DNA of 64,000 nucleotides from a virus: IMG/VR virus record IMGVR_UViG_3300033153_010139, positions 55,267 to 119,266 of that record; one strand, 5' to 3'. Shown piece by piece: positions 37,963 to 46,495 of this stretch (position 1 is its first letter; each line of letters starts with the position of its first letter). The notes under the pieces were generated by a model. It saw only the letters and a program-made list of their open reading frames with translations, ran no database searches and was not told where the DNA came from. The position numbers and the translations under genes were made by a program.

Positions 37963-38304
37963 CTACGCCCCGGCTTTCCAAGTTTCCAGGCTGCGCATCT
38001 CGACCGGGCGGCCGTCCGTCTCGGCGCGCGCGATGCCGAGCTTCATGCCATCGCTGATGCCGAGGTCGGTGTAGACCGCCGTCAGCTCGGCGCGCTCCCC
38101 CCACGCGAGCCCGGCCTCGATGCCGAGCGTCCGCTCGGCGGGATCGTTGTCGTCCAGCACGCCGGGCTGCGTGTAGAGCAGGTGGGAAGCGTACGGCGCG
38201 TCGCCGCGCTTCAGGCAATCCCGCATCGCGGCCCTGGCGTACGCCTTGTTCTTCGCAACGTCGCCCGCGAACGGGCTCTCGATAAGGACGAGTCTGAAGC
38301 TCAT
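37963..38304 (-). CDS. Nucleoside-deoxyribosyltransferase-fold phage protein (DUF4406-like)
   Basis: 'IESPFAGD...N..YAR......G.AP.ASHLLY...GISDGM'; AGGAG RBS. Confidence 0.7.
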   Translation of the reverse strand: MSFRLVLIESPFAGDVAKNKAYARAAMRDCLKRGDAPYASHLLYTQPGVLDDNDPAERTLGIEAGLAWGERAELTAVYTDLGISDGMKLGIARAETDGRPVEMRSLETWKAGA

Positions 38305-38332
38305 TCGTTCTCCTGATTTCAGGAACACGGGC

Positions 38333-38368
38333 GCCGGCCACGGGCGAGTATGGAAACCCGTGGCCGGC
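38333..38368 (-). terminator. 12-bp hairpin just downstream of the tmRNA (terminator or processing signal)
   Basis: GCCGGCCACGGG ... CCCGTGGCCGGC; no clear U-tract. Confidence 0.45.
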
Positions 38369-38385
38369 TCTGCCGCATACCGCAT

Positions 38386-38801
38386 TGATGGAGGCGCAGA
38401 GAGTCGAACTCTGGTCCCGTAACCGCTCCCTCCCAGCCTCTACGTGCGTAGTTCGCTGAAGGTCTCACCTACGAGCTGCAGCGAGCACAAAACTCGTAGG
38501 CCAGTCACAGAACTTTCTCGTCTCTTCCCCCTGCGACGCAGGGTTGAGACCAGCCCATCTTGTGGCCCTGCTTCAGCTCCCATGGGCGGGGGGCTGTAGC
38601 AGGGGGAGTCCCGTCTTAGACGAGGACGGCCTCGGTCGAGTCCACCGTCGCCATGAAGACGTCGATGTTGTCGTCCGAGAGCCACTCCGGGGTGCTGTTC
38701 GCGTTGGCAAATAGCGTTTTGCCGGTGGTTTTACGAGGCCAACCGGCGACCTCGGCACGCAACTGGGGCTTCGCAAGTCCGGTCGATACCGGGCCGCCCC
38801 C
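38386..38801 (-). ncRNA. ssrA: tmRNA
   Basis: 5' GGGGGCG pairs with 3' CGCCTCC-A including G3.U; T-arm CAGAG-TTCGACT-CTCTG; PK1-like GCCGAGG..GCCGGTTGGCCTCGTAAAACCACCGGC; tag ORF 38708-38616. Confidence 0.92.
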
Positions 38802-38938
38802 AATGTGGAGTCGTGTTCCTGATTGTCAAAAAGCGCAAGACGACGAGCAGGGCCGGGTCCGTGGGGAAAAGGTCGGGGATGGTAGGACCCTCCCCTGCTC
38901 GCCTCTTTGTTATACCCCCGACGTCGGAGGTGTCGAGA

Positions 38939-39463
38939 CTAGAGCTTGCTCGCGACCCTGGCGATGACGTCGGCGATGGTGGCTTCGGTCGGTTCGAGGC
39001 CGCCGTTCCACGGCTGCGGGAACAAGCAGGCTTCGCCGCCGGCAGCGAGGAACGACGCGATATGCTCAGGCGAGTCGTCCACGAGCACGCGCGTAGGCTG
39101 GGCGAGCAGGTCTTTGCTGGAGGTGAGGTGGATGTCTCGGAATTGCCGGCCGAACATCTTGTCGAACCACATCTTCTTGCCGGCGTAAGACTGCCACGAC
39201 CAGCCGGGCTGGGTGACGAACAGTACGCGCCCGAGCGCCTTGAACCCGTTGTAGAGCTGGTCAAACCACGGGTAGACGTCCAGATCGCGCCAAAACTCCG
39301 GCCCGGCCGCGTCGATGACGCGCCAGAACTCGGTTGGCGTAACGCCGATGTAAGGCTCCAGCCGGTACGAGGTCATGTCCTTGACCTGGAAGTCAGAGCC
39401 GTGAGCGAGGAGAGCCCCGCGCATGAAATCGACGCACACGCCGTCTACGTCGAGCAGGATCAT
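38939..39463 (-). CDS. 5'(3')-deoxyribonucleotidase (HAD, NT5C-like)
   Basis: LDVDGV, FW..L, K..W, LVDDS. Confidence 0.85.
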   Translation of the reverse strand: MILLDVDGVCVDFMRGALLAHGSDFQVKDMTSYRLEPYIGVTPTEFWRVIDAAGPEFWRDLDVYPWFDQLYNGFKALGRVLFVTQPGWSWQSYAGKKMWFDKMFGRQFRDIHLTSSKDLLAQPTRVLVDDSPEHIASFLAAGGEACLFPQPWNGGLEPTEATIADVIARVASKL

Positions 39464-39816
39464 ACGAGGTCTCCCAGTTTTTCTACGGCCGATGGTTCTG
39501 GTTGTACGCGGGTAATGCTGGCGCTAACGTCCAGTTCAGCGCCGCGGCCGTCGTTCATGGCCTCGGCACGGACGGTCAGCCGTTCGTTCGGTCTCACGCG
39601 CGCTTTGGCTATTATCATCGCTTCGCTAACCCAGGCGCGCCGGATGTAGACGGCGGTCTCGCTACGGACCGTGACGAATGCCGGTTCGGTGGCGTAGATC
39701 GCCAACTCCAGGTCAAGGGCGCCTGGCGGCGTCACGCACAGCTCACGGGCGGGCTCGCCCGTGAAGATCCGCAGCGCGACCGCTTCGGCGATTATGGAAC
39801 CGGCAGGCGGTCTCAC
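39460..39816 (-). CDS. Hypothetical protein with C-terminal tag (SAVEKLGDLV)
   Basis: 4-nt overlaps on both sides. Confidence 0.6.
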   Translation of the reverse strand: MRPPAGSIIAEAVALRIFTGEPARELCVTPPGALDLELAIYATEPAFVTVRSETAVYIRRAWVSEAMIIAKARVRPNERLTVRAEAMNDGRGAELDVSASITRVQPEPSAVEKLGDLV

Positions 39817-40292
39817 CGGAGCTTGACGTGCGCGCTGGCCGCTTTCTTCCCGAGCAGATCGGTCTCGGCGAGGATGTGGTAGGTGAAGCCGTGCACGGTG
39901 ACGGGGATCATCGACCGGAACTTCTCGAAGACGACGATGTCGCCTTGCGCGACGCGCAGGGGGATCACGCTACCGTCGCCCTTCATGATGCCTGGGCCCG
40001 TGGCAAGCACGGTGCCGGTCATGGTTCGCCACTCGCCACGCCGTGCCGATTCGGGCAGGATGATCCCCCCGTCGGTCATCTCCTGCACGTCGTCGCGCTT
40101 GATGACGATCTTGTTGTCGAAGAGGTCGATAGGGAAGGGTGTCGTGGTCCAGTCCGGCTCCTCGGGCTTGGCGCCCTTCTTGGCCTCGGGCGCGGGCTCG
40201 GCCGGCTCGGCCTTGGGCGCCGGCGAGCCATCGGGCATGACAATCGAGGTTGGGCTTGGGCCGGGGGTTGGACCGGGGTTTAGTTCAGGCAC
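39813..40292 (-). CDS. groES: Co-chaperonin GroES with Pro-rich N-terminal extension
   Basis: NKIVIKR, TDGGIILPESA, GTVLATGPG, V.QGDIVVF, ILAETDLLG. Confidence 0.85.
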   Translation of the reverse strand: MPELNPGPTPGPSPTSIVMPDGSPAPKAEPAEPAPEAKKGAKPEEPDWTTTPFPIDLFDNKIVIKRDDVQEMTDGGIILPESARRGEWRTMTGTVLATGPGIMKGDGSVIPLRVAQGDIVVFEKFRSMIPVTVHGFTYHILAETDLLGKKAASAHVKLR

Positions 40293-40339
40293 TGGCTTCT
40301 CCTTCTTGTGGCGGGCAGAATACCGAAATGGAGGGACAG

Positions 40340-40885
40340 ATGAACTGCCTCATTCGATTCTTGCCCTTGGTCCTGCTTGTTCTACCCACCGGGTGCGTCA
40401 GTGTGGTGGAGAAGTTCTACCCGAGCGACGCGTTGCCCGAGGAGTGGCGTCCCCTGGAGAAGATCCAGGAGCGGCCCGAGATGCTGGCGAAGGACACCGT
40501 TTCGACCACCATCGGACGCACGCTTTACGTCGCGAATCTGGCCAAGTGGTTCGAGAAGCACCCGCCTGGCAGCGTGCGCTGGCGGGCTATCCTTCGCCAC
40601 GAGCAGGAGCACTCGCGCCGCCAGCTGGCCGCCGGCGTTCTGCTCTGGATGGCGAAATACGCTTACGACATCGACTTCATGTGGAACGAGGAGATGATCG
40701 GGTATTACTACGCGATTACCATTCGGCAGCAGGGCGGCGACCCGATCAATCCCTTGGGCCTGGCGAACACGCTGCACGGCTACAAGAACCTGTCTGGGAA
40801 CATGGTGTCGTTCGATGACGCGCTGACCTGGATCAACCAGGTGCTCGCCGGCCAGTGGCAGCCGCCGCCCAGCCCTCCGCAATGA
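40340..40885 (+). CDS. Putative lipoprotein with HExxH motif
   Basis: Hydrophobic signal ending LPTG-C; RHEQEH; GGAGG RBS. Confidence 0.6.
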   Translation: MNCLIRFLPLVLLVLPTGCVSVVEKFYPSDALPEEWRPLEKIQERPEMLAKDTVSTTIGRTLYVANLAKWFEKHPPGSVRWRAILRHEQEHSRRQLAAGVLLWMAKYAYDIDFMWNEEMIGYYYAITIRQQGGDPINPLGLANTLHGYKNLSGNMVSFDDALTWINQVLAGQWQPPPSPPQ

Positions 40886-41289
40886 GCTGTACGCCAATCG
40901 ACGCTGAGCGATTCAACTGCCCCGGGTGGACCGGCGTGGGCCCCCCGGGCGTGCACTACTGGTACGAGAGGGAGGGCTGGCGGCGTTGCTCGCACTGCGG
41001 ATCGATTCACCCAGACGATTGGGCAGACCTGGTGCGCGAGTCCGTCACGACCGGCGGGGTGGTGAACATCGACCGCGGCAAGCCGGGCAAGTTCTACGTC
41101 ACCAAGCCCAATCCCGATGGCGACAAGTCGCTGCACGGCAAGTTCTACGGCGGCCACATGCCCGAGGAGCTACGGCAAGACGATGCGCTGACCGATCAGC
41201 TGGACCGGGCGCTTCGGGCGTCGTGGGATCGCACGTTCCGGGAGCGCGACGCGAAGTCGGCAGTAGAGAAGCTAGGCGACCTCGCGTAA
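40882..41289 (+). CDS. Hypothetical protein with C-terminal tag (SAVEKLGDLA)
   Basis: CSHCGSIHP; ATGA overlap. Confidence 0.65.
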   Translation: MSCTPIDAERFNCPGWTGVGPPGVHYWYEREGWRRCSHCGSIHPDDWADLVRESVTTGGVVNIDRGKPGKFYVTKPNPDGDKSLHGKFYGGHMPEELRQDDALTDQLDRALRASWDRTFRERDAKSAVEKLGDLA

Positions 41290-41308
41290 AGCAAGGTAGA
41301 ACTAGAGC

Positions 41309-42010
41309 ATGGCTCCGAAGCGCCAGCTCCAGTCCGTATTCTCCCAGGCTGAGGAGAGCCTCCGCGAGTTGTGGGGACCGGACCTAGTCCAGCGCAACGC
41401 CGAGCTTCGCGCCGCAGTCGATCGTGACATCGCCCGGACACTGGTGCCGACAATCTCCACGGACCCGATGTCGGCAGTAGACGAGCTGGCGGCGCTCTCC
41501 AAATTCCCGCACCTGCCGGCGGTGCTGCGGCGAGTCGCGAGCGGGAGCTGGGACTACGACGCGGAAGAGTTCAGCCGAGCCGTCCGAGACGCCATCGTGT
41601 GCGGGCCGCGGATGCCGGAGATCGCCCAGGAGGATCTCGATGCCGAGATTGAGGCAGCGCTGGCCGACGCCGCGCAAGGCATCCCGAGCCCGGACCTGCA
41701 CGACCGTGTGCTGGAGCTGATGCACGAGCGCGACGCGGGCGGGATCGGCTGGTATCCGGGCCGGATCCCCGAGGTCGAGCTGCATCTCCGGGCCGAGTCG
41801 ATCAGTGCCAAGCCGCGCCAGCTGCGTGGTACCTGGCCACCGAAGCCGCCCGAGCCGTCAGTGGTGGACCGACTGGCGGCGACGGTGGACCAGGTTGCCG
41901 CCGAGCGCGTGGCCAAGATGGACGCGGCGCGCGCTCGTGTTGACGAAGCGGCCGACGAACTGCGCATCCTGTTCGAGCCGACACGCTACGGTGGGGAAGA
42001 GGCCGAATGA
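41309..42010 (+). CDS. Two gp23-like capsid fragments, each followed by the tag
   Basis: KRQLQSVFS..VDRDIARTL + SAVDELAALS; IPEVELHLRAESISAKPRQLRGTW + SVVDRLAATV. Confidence 0.65.
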   Translation: MAPKRQLQSVFSQAEESLRELWGPDLVQRNAELRAAVDRDIARTLVPTISTDPMSAVDELAALSKFPHLPAVLRRVASGSWDYDAEEFSRAVRDAIVCGPRMPEIAQEDLDAEIEAALADAAQGIPSPDLHDRVLELMHERDAGGIGWYPGRIPEVELHLRAESISAKPRQLRGTWPPKPPEPSVVDRLAATVDQVAAERVAKMDAARARVDEAADELRILFEPTRYGGEEAE

Positions 42011-42285
42011 CCTTTGCGCCGGAACCGAGGAAGCTCAAGCCGGGCGAGAAACCCCAGAGGATCGAGGTCGGTGAGTTCACGACGTTCAAGCTCCCCCCGA
42101 TCCAGCCCCCCGAGCCGTCGGCGGTTGATCAGCTGGCGGCTGTCGTGAGCAAGCGCGCGAGGAAGCGCCTGGAGCGCAAGAAGCGGTGGGCACCGCTCAC
42201 CAACGAGCAGATGGCTGGCGTTCTCCCAATGACGCGCGGTGCTACCTTCCCCATGAACGTCACGTACAGGCGGCAATCCCGATGA
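42007..42285 (+). CDS. Tagged protein, possible split gp23 N-terminal block
   Basis: FTTFKLPPI-[SAVDQLAAVV]-NEQMAGVLPM..F.MNVTY. Confidence 0.55.
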   Translation: MTFAPEPRKLKPGEKPQRIEVGEFTTFKLPPIQPPEPSAVDQLAAVVSKRARKRLERKKRWAPLTNEQMAGVLPMTRGATFPMNVTYRRQSR

Positions 42286-42773
42286 CCGACGACACCATGT
42301 TTCCCGTCTACACCTTCCCGCTCAAGAACAACGAGCACCGCGTGATCGATGGCGATACAGTCGTCGTTGAAATCGACCGTGGCTGGGGCGACCGGAAGAA
42401 GACCGCACTGCGGCTTAACGGGCTCGACGCGCCCGAGTCGCGCACACGCAAGAACCTGCTGGAGCGCCAGGCCGGCAAACTCGTCACGAAGGTCGTGCTC
42501 AAGTGGTTCGAGGACCAGGGGAACCGCCAGCTCTACGCCAGCTCGGACACGCGCCCCAAGTACGCCGGCCGGACAGTCGGTCGCATCTGGGCCGGGGGCT
42601 ACGGCCAGTGCCTCAACACCTACCTGGTCGATCAGGGCCTCGTCGTCGAGTACCACGGCGGCAAGAAGGCCGCGTGGTCGCAGACGAAGCTCAAAGCGGT
42701 GATCCGCGCAGCGAACAAGATCCTGAACGACGATGCGGTGACCGAGCTGGGAGACCTGGCGCGCGATGACTGA
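42282..42773 (+). CDS. Thermonuclease (SNase-like) with C-terminal tag (DAVTELGDLA)
   Basis: RVIDGDTV, RLNGLDAPESR, KYAGR, LN..LV..GL...Y.GG. Confidence 0.85.
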   Translation: MTDDTMFPVYTFPLKNNEHRVIDGDTVVVEIDRGWGDRKKTALRLNGLDAPESRTRKNLLERQAGKLVTKVVLKWFEDQGNRQLYASSDTRPKYAGRTVGRIWAGGYGQCLNTYLVDQGLVVEYHGGKKAAWSQTKLKAVIRAANKILNDDAVTELGDLARDD

Positions 42774-43029
42774 TCCGTACAGCAAGTTCAAGTTCCGTGT
42801 TGCCGAGCCTTGGTCCGTCACCAGCGTCCCGCCGCCGGCATCGGTGGTTGAACGCCTGGCCGGGCTGGAGGACGCCAAGATTGCCGAGCGCAACCGTCAG
42901 TTGGACAAGGTGAACGCCGACCTGGAGGAGTGGCGCAAGAAGACCGGCGACGCGGACGAGTGGTGCGAGGTGGAGGTCAACGGCGTCAAGACGCGCGCTC
43001 GCATTCGCCTGGAGTACCGTGAAGAGTGA
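42766..43029 (+). CDS. Tagged protein with tail-tube-like N-terminal peptide
   Basis: DPYSKFKFRV + SVVERLAGLE. Confidence 0.55.
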   Translation: MTDPYSKFKFRVAEPWSVTSVPPPASVVERLAGLEDAKIAERNRQLDKVNADLEEWRKKTGDADEWCEVEVNGVKTRARIRLEYREE

Positions 43030-43268
43030 GCGCCGCGAGGAAGATAGCCAAGATCGCGAGCTTCGGCATGCTCTACGGGCAGAGCGCGCAGAGTCTCAAG
43101 AAGTTCGCGATGCCGGTATGGGAGCCGTCCGCGGTCGATCGCTTGGCCGCGCTGGCGGACCCGGAGATGGCGCGCAGGGTCGAGGAGTTCGACGAACCAG
43201 ACCTGAAGGCGAGAAGGCTGATCGCGCGCTGGGAGAAGGCTTTCCACACGAAGCAGCGCTTCCGGTGA
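43026..43268 (+). CDS. Tagged protein with DNA polymerase A motif-B-like peptide
   Basis: RKIAKIASFGMLYGQSAQSL + SAVDRLAALA. Confidence 0.65.
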   Translation: MSAARKIAKIASFGMLYGQSAQSLKKFAMPVWEPSAVDRLAALADPEMARRVEEFDEPDLKARRLIARWEKAFHTKQRFR

Positions 43269-43417
43269 CTGAGCCGCAGGACAAGTACGAGGAGTCCAAG
43301 AACCGCGAGCGCGTCGCCGGGATCATCGACTACGAGACCGGCGAGGTCAACCTGACGTGGACCAAGACGGACGACGCGACGACCGCGCTCGGCGATCTGG
43401 TGCGCAACGATGGCTAG
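43265..43417 (+). CDS. Tagged micro-protein with virion-like peptide
   Basis: GIIDYETGEVNLTW + DATTALGDLV. Confidence 0.55.
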   Translation: MTEPQDKYEESKNRERVAGIIDYETGEVNLTWTKTDDATTALGDLVRNDG

Positions 43418-43703
43418 GGCGGGCGTATTCCTGAACGGCCAGCTGATGCGCGAGGGCGAGGACTGCAAGGTCACGTGGGCGCGTGGCGCGGTGCAGGTCG
43501 AGTGGGCCGGGGTTCTGCCGGCGAAGGGCGATGAGATTTCCGTCCAGTACCTCGACCCCGAGCCTAGCGCGGTCGATCAGCTGGGAGAGGTCGCGCTCAC
43601 CCCGGAGGAGCGCAAGCGCCGCCAGCGGATGCGCAGCATGAACACGCTGTTCCGCCAACCTGTTGAGATCGGGATCTCGTCCAGGGGGACAAAGCCCAAG
43701 TGA
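43410..43703 (+). CDS. Tagged protein (tail-domain-like N-terminus, GISSRG C-terminus)
   Basis: VFLNGQLMREGED + SAVDQLGEVA + IGISSRG. Confidence 0.6.
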   Translation: MARAGVFLNGQLMREGEDCKVTWARGAVQVEWAGVLPAKGDEISVQYLDPEPSAVDQLGEVALTPEERKRRQRMRSMNTLFRQPVEIGISSRGTKPK

Positions 43704-44029
43704 CCGACGCGGTCTACATCGTGCAGCAGGTCCGGGACGTTGACACGACGTGCAACAAGTCCGCGTGGCGCACGAAAGGCGAGGCGGAAGCCGAAGCCAA
43801 CCGACTGGCCTACGAAGACGCCAGCAAGACGCGCCCCTCGGTGCCGAGCGGGCAAGTGCGGGTAGAGCACGAGACGTGGCACGGCCGGGCGGTTTGGGCC
43901 GTAAGGAAGGCGGTGGCGCGCTGGACAGGCGGGCCCGTCCAGTGGCACATGCTCCGTCACTATTCCGTGCTGCGCCTGGTCATCCAAGAAGGCAGCGCTG
44001 TGGACCGTCTCGCGGAGCTGGCGCCGTGA
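43700..44029 (+). CDS. Hypothetical protein with C-terminal tag (SAVDRLAELA)
   Basis: GTGA overlaps. Confidence 0.6.
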   Translation: MTDAVYIVQQVRDVDTTCNKSAWRTKGEAEAEANRLAYEDASKTRPSVPSGQVRVEHETWHGRAVWAVRKAVARWTGGPVQWHMLRHYSVLRLVIQEGSAVDRLAELAP

Positions 44030-44376
44030 CGTTCGCGGAAAAGCAGGCGCGCGCGCTTCTCGAACGCTACACGGAGAAGTGGGCCAAGCAACTCGAAGGT
44101 GTCGAGGACGCCGAGAGCGGTGAAACGCCGGCATGGATCAAGCACGGCATGGCGCTGATCAGGCGCGCGGAGGTCCGTAATCCGCTCTACACGCCCATCG
44201 TCTCTGTGCAGCCCATGACTGGGCCGGTCGGCGGGATGGCCTTCTACCAGCCGGTCTACCCCAAGTGGGAACCGTCTGCTGTCGATCGCCTGGCCGCCCT
44301 GGCCGAGCCAAACGGCGAGCTGGCGCAGCGGATCTCAGACTACGACGGCCGGCAAGCACTGCTGAGGAACCTGTGA
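44026..44376 (+). CDS. gp23-like capsid N-terminal fragment + tag
   Basis: EKWAKQLEGV...LIRRA...IVSVQPMTGPVG..FY + SAVDRLAALA. Confidence 0.75.
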   Translation: MTFAEKQARALLERYTEKWAKQLEGVEDAESGETPAWIKHGMALIRRAEVRNPLYTPIVSVQPMTGPVGGMAFYQPVYPKWEPSAVDRLAALAEPNGELAQRISDYDGRQALLRNL

Positions 44377-44627
44377 TCGCCTGGAACAGTGGCCTGGGCG
44401 ACGCGTGGGCGAGGCAGGAGCGGCGCGCGAGGATGGAGTTGGAGAACCGTCTGCTCGCGAAGCGCCTGGCCGCTACGCTGGCCAGGATGGAGGCCGAAGC
44501 GGCAGCGTTCCGCGAGACCGTGGCCCGACTGCACCGGTGTGAAAGCCAGCAGGCGTTCCGCCGTCCACCGAAGAGGTGCGGCCGGGGACGGCCGCCGATG
44601 CGCAAATGGGAGGCGAGAAGCCGATGA
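44373..44627 (+). CDS. Basic hypothetical protein
   Basis: C-terminal QQAFRRP..RCGRG.PP..KW shared with next gene. Confidence 0.55.
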   Translation: MIAWNSGLGDAWARQERRARMELENRLLAKRLAATLARMEAEAAAFRETVARLHRCESQQAFRRPPKRCGRGRPPMRKWEARSR

Positions 44628-44881
44628 GCGATTACCTCGCCACGCTTGCCGCCGGAGTCCAGGCGCTGGCCGACGAGATGCGCGACGAGATCGACCGCGA
44701 GATCGCCGAGGGCGCGGAGGTCTCGGCCGTGGACGCGCTGGCAGAGATCGTCCGAGGTGGGCGACGGAAGGCGAGGCTGGCCGCCGAACACCGTCGCAAG
44801 TGCCAGCAGGCGTTCCGCCGGCCGTCGCGGCGCTGCGGCCGGGGTTCGCCTCCCAGGAAGAAGTGGGGAGCGCTCCGATGA
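44624..44881 (+). CDS. Tagged protein with gp23-like EIDREI peptide
   Basis: LADEMRDEIDREI + SAVDALAEIV. Confidence 0.6.
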   Translation: MSDYLATLAAGVQALADEMRDEIDREIAEGAEVSAVDALAEIVRGGRRKARLAAEHRRKCQQAFRRPSRRCGRGSPPRKKWGALR

Positions 44882-45318
44882 GCGTCTACGATCTGCCGGT
44901 CAACAAGAACGGTCGCGTCTACCCGCCCGACGTGCTGCGCAAGATGGTCGAGGACTCGCAGGAGAAGATCGCAGCTGGTCGCATGATCGGCGAGATCGAG
45001 CCGCCAGGTGGCCGTTTGCGGATCAGCCACGCCAGCCACATCGTGCGTGACATGCGTGTGGAGAGCGACGGATCCATCGTTGCCACGGTGGAGTTCGCCG
45101 ACACTCCGGCGGGCCGCATCGCCCAGGAGATGATGAAGCAGGGGCTTCCGATGGCCGGCACGCTGCGCGGCCGGGGCGCCGTGGACAAGAACAAGGTGGT
45201 CGGCGGTGTGACGCTTGACGGTGTAGACATCACGATGTTCGAGCCCGAGTTCCCGCGCAGCGCCGTGGACCAGATGGGCGACCTCGTGCGCGAGGACGAG
45301 GGCGAGGACGATGCCTGA
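44878..45318 (+). CDS. T4 gp21-like prohead protease homolog, apparently inactive, with tag (SAVDQMGDLV)
   Basis: NKNGRVYP, GEIEPP, SHIV, DTPAGRIA, GTLRGRG. Confidence 0.75.
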   Translation: MSVYDLPVNKNGRVYPPDVLRKMVEDSQEKIAAGRMIGEIEPPGGRLRISHASHIVRDMRVESDGSIVATVEFADTPAGRIAQEMMKQGLPMAGTLRGRGAVDKNKVVGGVTLDGVDITMFEPEFPRSAVDQMGDLVREDEGEDDA

Positions 45319-45523
45319 CTTCATGCCGGGACCGCCGATTCCGATCCGCTGCGAGTGCGGCGCGAGGGCGACGTGGCGCGTTTACAACAGGAAGGTTAAG
45401 GGGGAGCAGTATCACTGCGAGACCCATGTGCCGCCGGTCGGCACGCCGCGCATCAAGCGGCTTGGGCACCGGCCATCTGGATTCTGGACAGACGCGCCGT
45501 CCGCTCCTGGGGTTCTCGACTGA
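45311..45523 (+). CDS. Small Zn-finger-like protein
   Basis: CECG..A...HCETH. Confidence 0.5.
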   Translation: MPDFMPGPPIPIRCECGARATWRVYNRKVKGEQYHCETHVPPVGTPRIKRLGHRPSGFWTDAPSAPGVLD

Positions 45524-45702
45524 TGCCGACGACTGCCCTCCAACCCGAGGAGTGCAAGCTCAAGTGGGCTGACATGGTGAGCGGCCTCGACGAGCCGGAG
45601 GCGACCACCATGGCATGCCTGCTCGAAGCACAGCACAGCTTCCTCAAGAACCGGCCGGCGGTTGACCAGCTGGCCGATCTGGCAAGGGAGAAGAATGCCT
45701 GA
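45523..45702 (+). CDS. 59-aa gp23-like N-terminal fragment + tag (below ORF-track cutoff)
   Basis: Hand translation: MPTTALQPEECKLKWADMVSGLDEPEATTMACLLEAQHSFLKNRPAVDQLADLAREKNA. Confidence 0.65.
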   Translation: MPTTALQPEECKLKWADMVSGLDEPEATTMACLLEAQHSFLKNRPAVDQLADLAREKNA

Positions 45703-45910
45703 CGTGTGGGACGACGCCTCGATGCGCGAGAGCATCCGCAAGCGCTACGGGCACCTGTGGCGCCCGCCCAGCGCGGTCGATCGGCTCGCCGCCCTGGCCG
45801 ACCCTGATGGCGAGTCCGCCGAGCTGGTGCGCAGATGGGAGAAGACGAAGGAGCGGCTGACGCTCATCCGGCCGGAATTCTACAAGACGGTCACGGTGGA
45901 GAACCTGTGA
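45695..45910 (+). CDS. gp23-like C-terminal fragment interrupted by the tag module
   Basis: RESIRKRYG-[SAVDRLAALADPDGESAELVRRWE]-LIRPEFYKTVTVENL*. Confidence 0.7.
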   Translation: MPDVWDDASMRESIRKRYGHLWRPPSAVDRLAALADPDGESAELVRRWEKTKERLTLIRPEFYKTVTVENL

Positions 45911-46257
45911 GCGACGGCCCGGCAACCAGCAACCATGCGCCTCCCCCGGTCAGCGCCGACTCTGGGAAGCGTGTGGAGAATGAGCCCGCCGCCCCGATCG
46001 AGTGGCTGGCCGCGAACATGCCGGGGGCTGTCCCAACAGCGATAGACCGGCTGGCGGCTGTCGCCGACCCCGAAGCTGCTGGGCGAGTCGCCGACTACGA
46101 CGAGTTCGAGACGCGCTTCGCCGAGGCATGCGGAGGCGAGACGCCGGGTCCTGAGTTCCTCACACCCGAGCAGTACAAGTGGGTCATCGCCACGGTGGTC
46201 AACGGGCGCCAGGGGTTCATCGACGCGGTCGAGGGGCGGGAGGCGACCAGTGGGTGA
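45907..46257 (+). CDS. Hypothetical protein with tag (TAIDRLAAVA)
   Basis: GTGA overlap. Confidence 0.6.
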   Translation: MSDGPATSNHAPPPVSADSGKRVENEPAAPIEWLAANMPGAVPTAIDRLAAVADPEAAGRVADYDEFETRFAEACGGETPGPEFLTPEQYKWVIATVVNGRQGFIDAVEGREATSG

Positions 46258-46495
46258 GCGCGAGCGCGAGGCCGACAAGAAGCTGTGGAAGGAGGCCGTG
46301 GAGCGCGGCTTCTACTACAAGCCGTTCGTCCCGCTCCAGATCACCGCGAACTTCTTTGCCCAGGAGCCCTCGGCCGTAGACCGACTCGCGGCCAAGGCCG
46401 ATCCAGCTGGCGAAGCCGCAAAGCGCGTGCGGGAGTGGGAGGAGGCGAAGGCGGTGGAGGACAGGTTTCGAGCGTCCGTCAGGTACGAGCCATGA
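46250..46495 (+). CDS. gp23-like fragment + tag
   Basis: GFYYKPFVPLQIT + SAVDRLAAKA. Confidence 0.7.
   Translation: MGEREREADKKLWKEAVERGFYYKPFVPLQITANFFAQEPSAVDRLAAKADPAGEAAKRVREWEEAKAVEDRFRASVRYEP

Noticed and set aside
38440-38967. ORFs 38440..38685, 38573..38803 and 38653..38967
   Set aside because: They overlap the tmRNA and its leader; no protein features.
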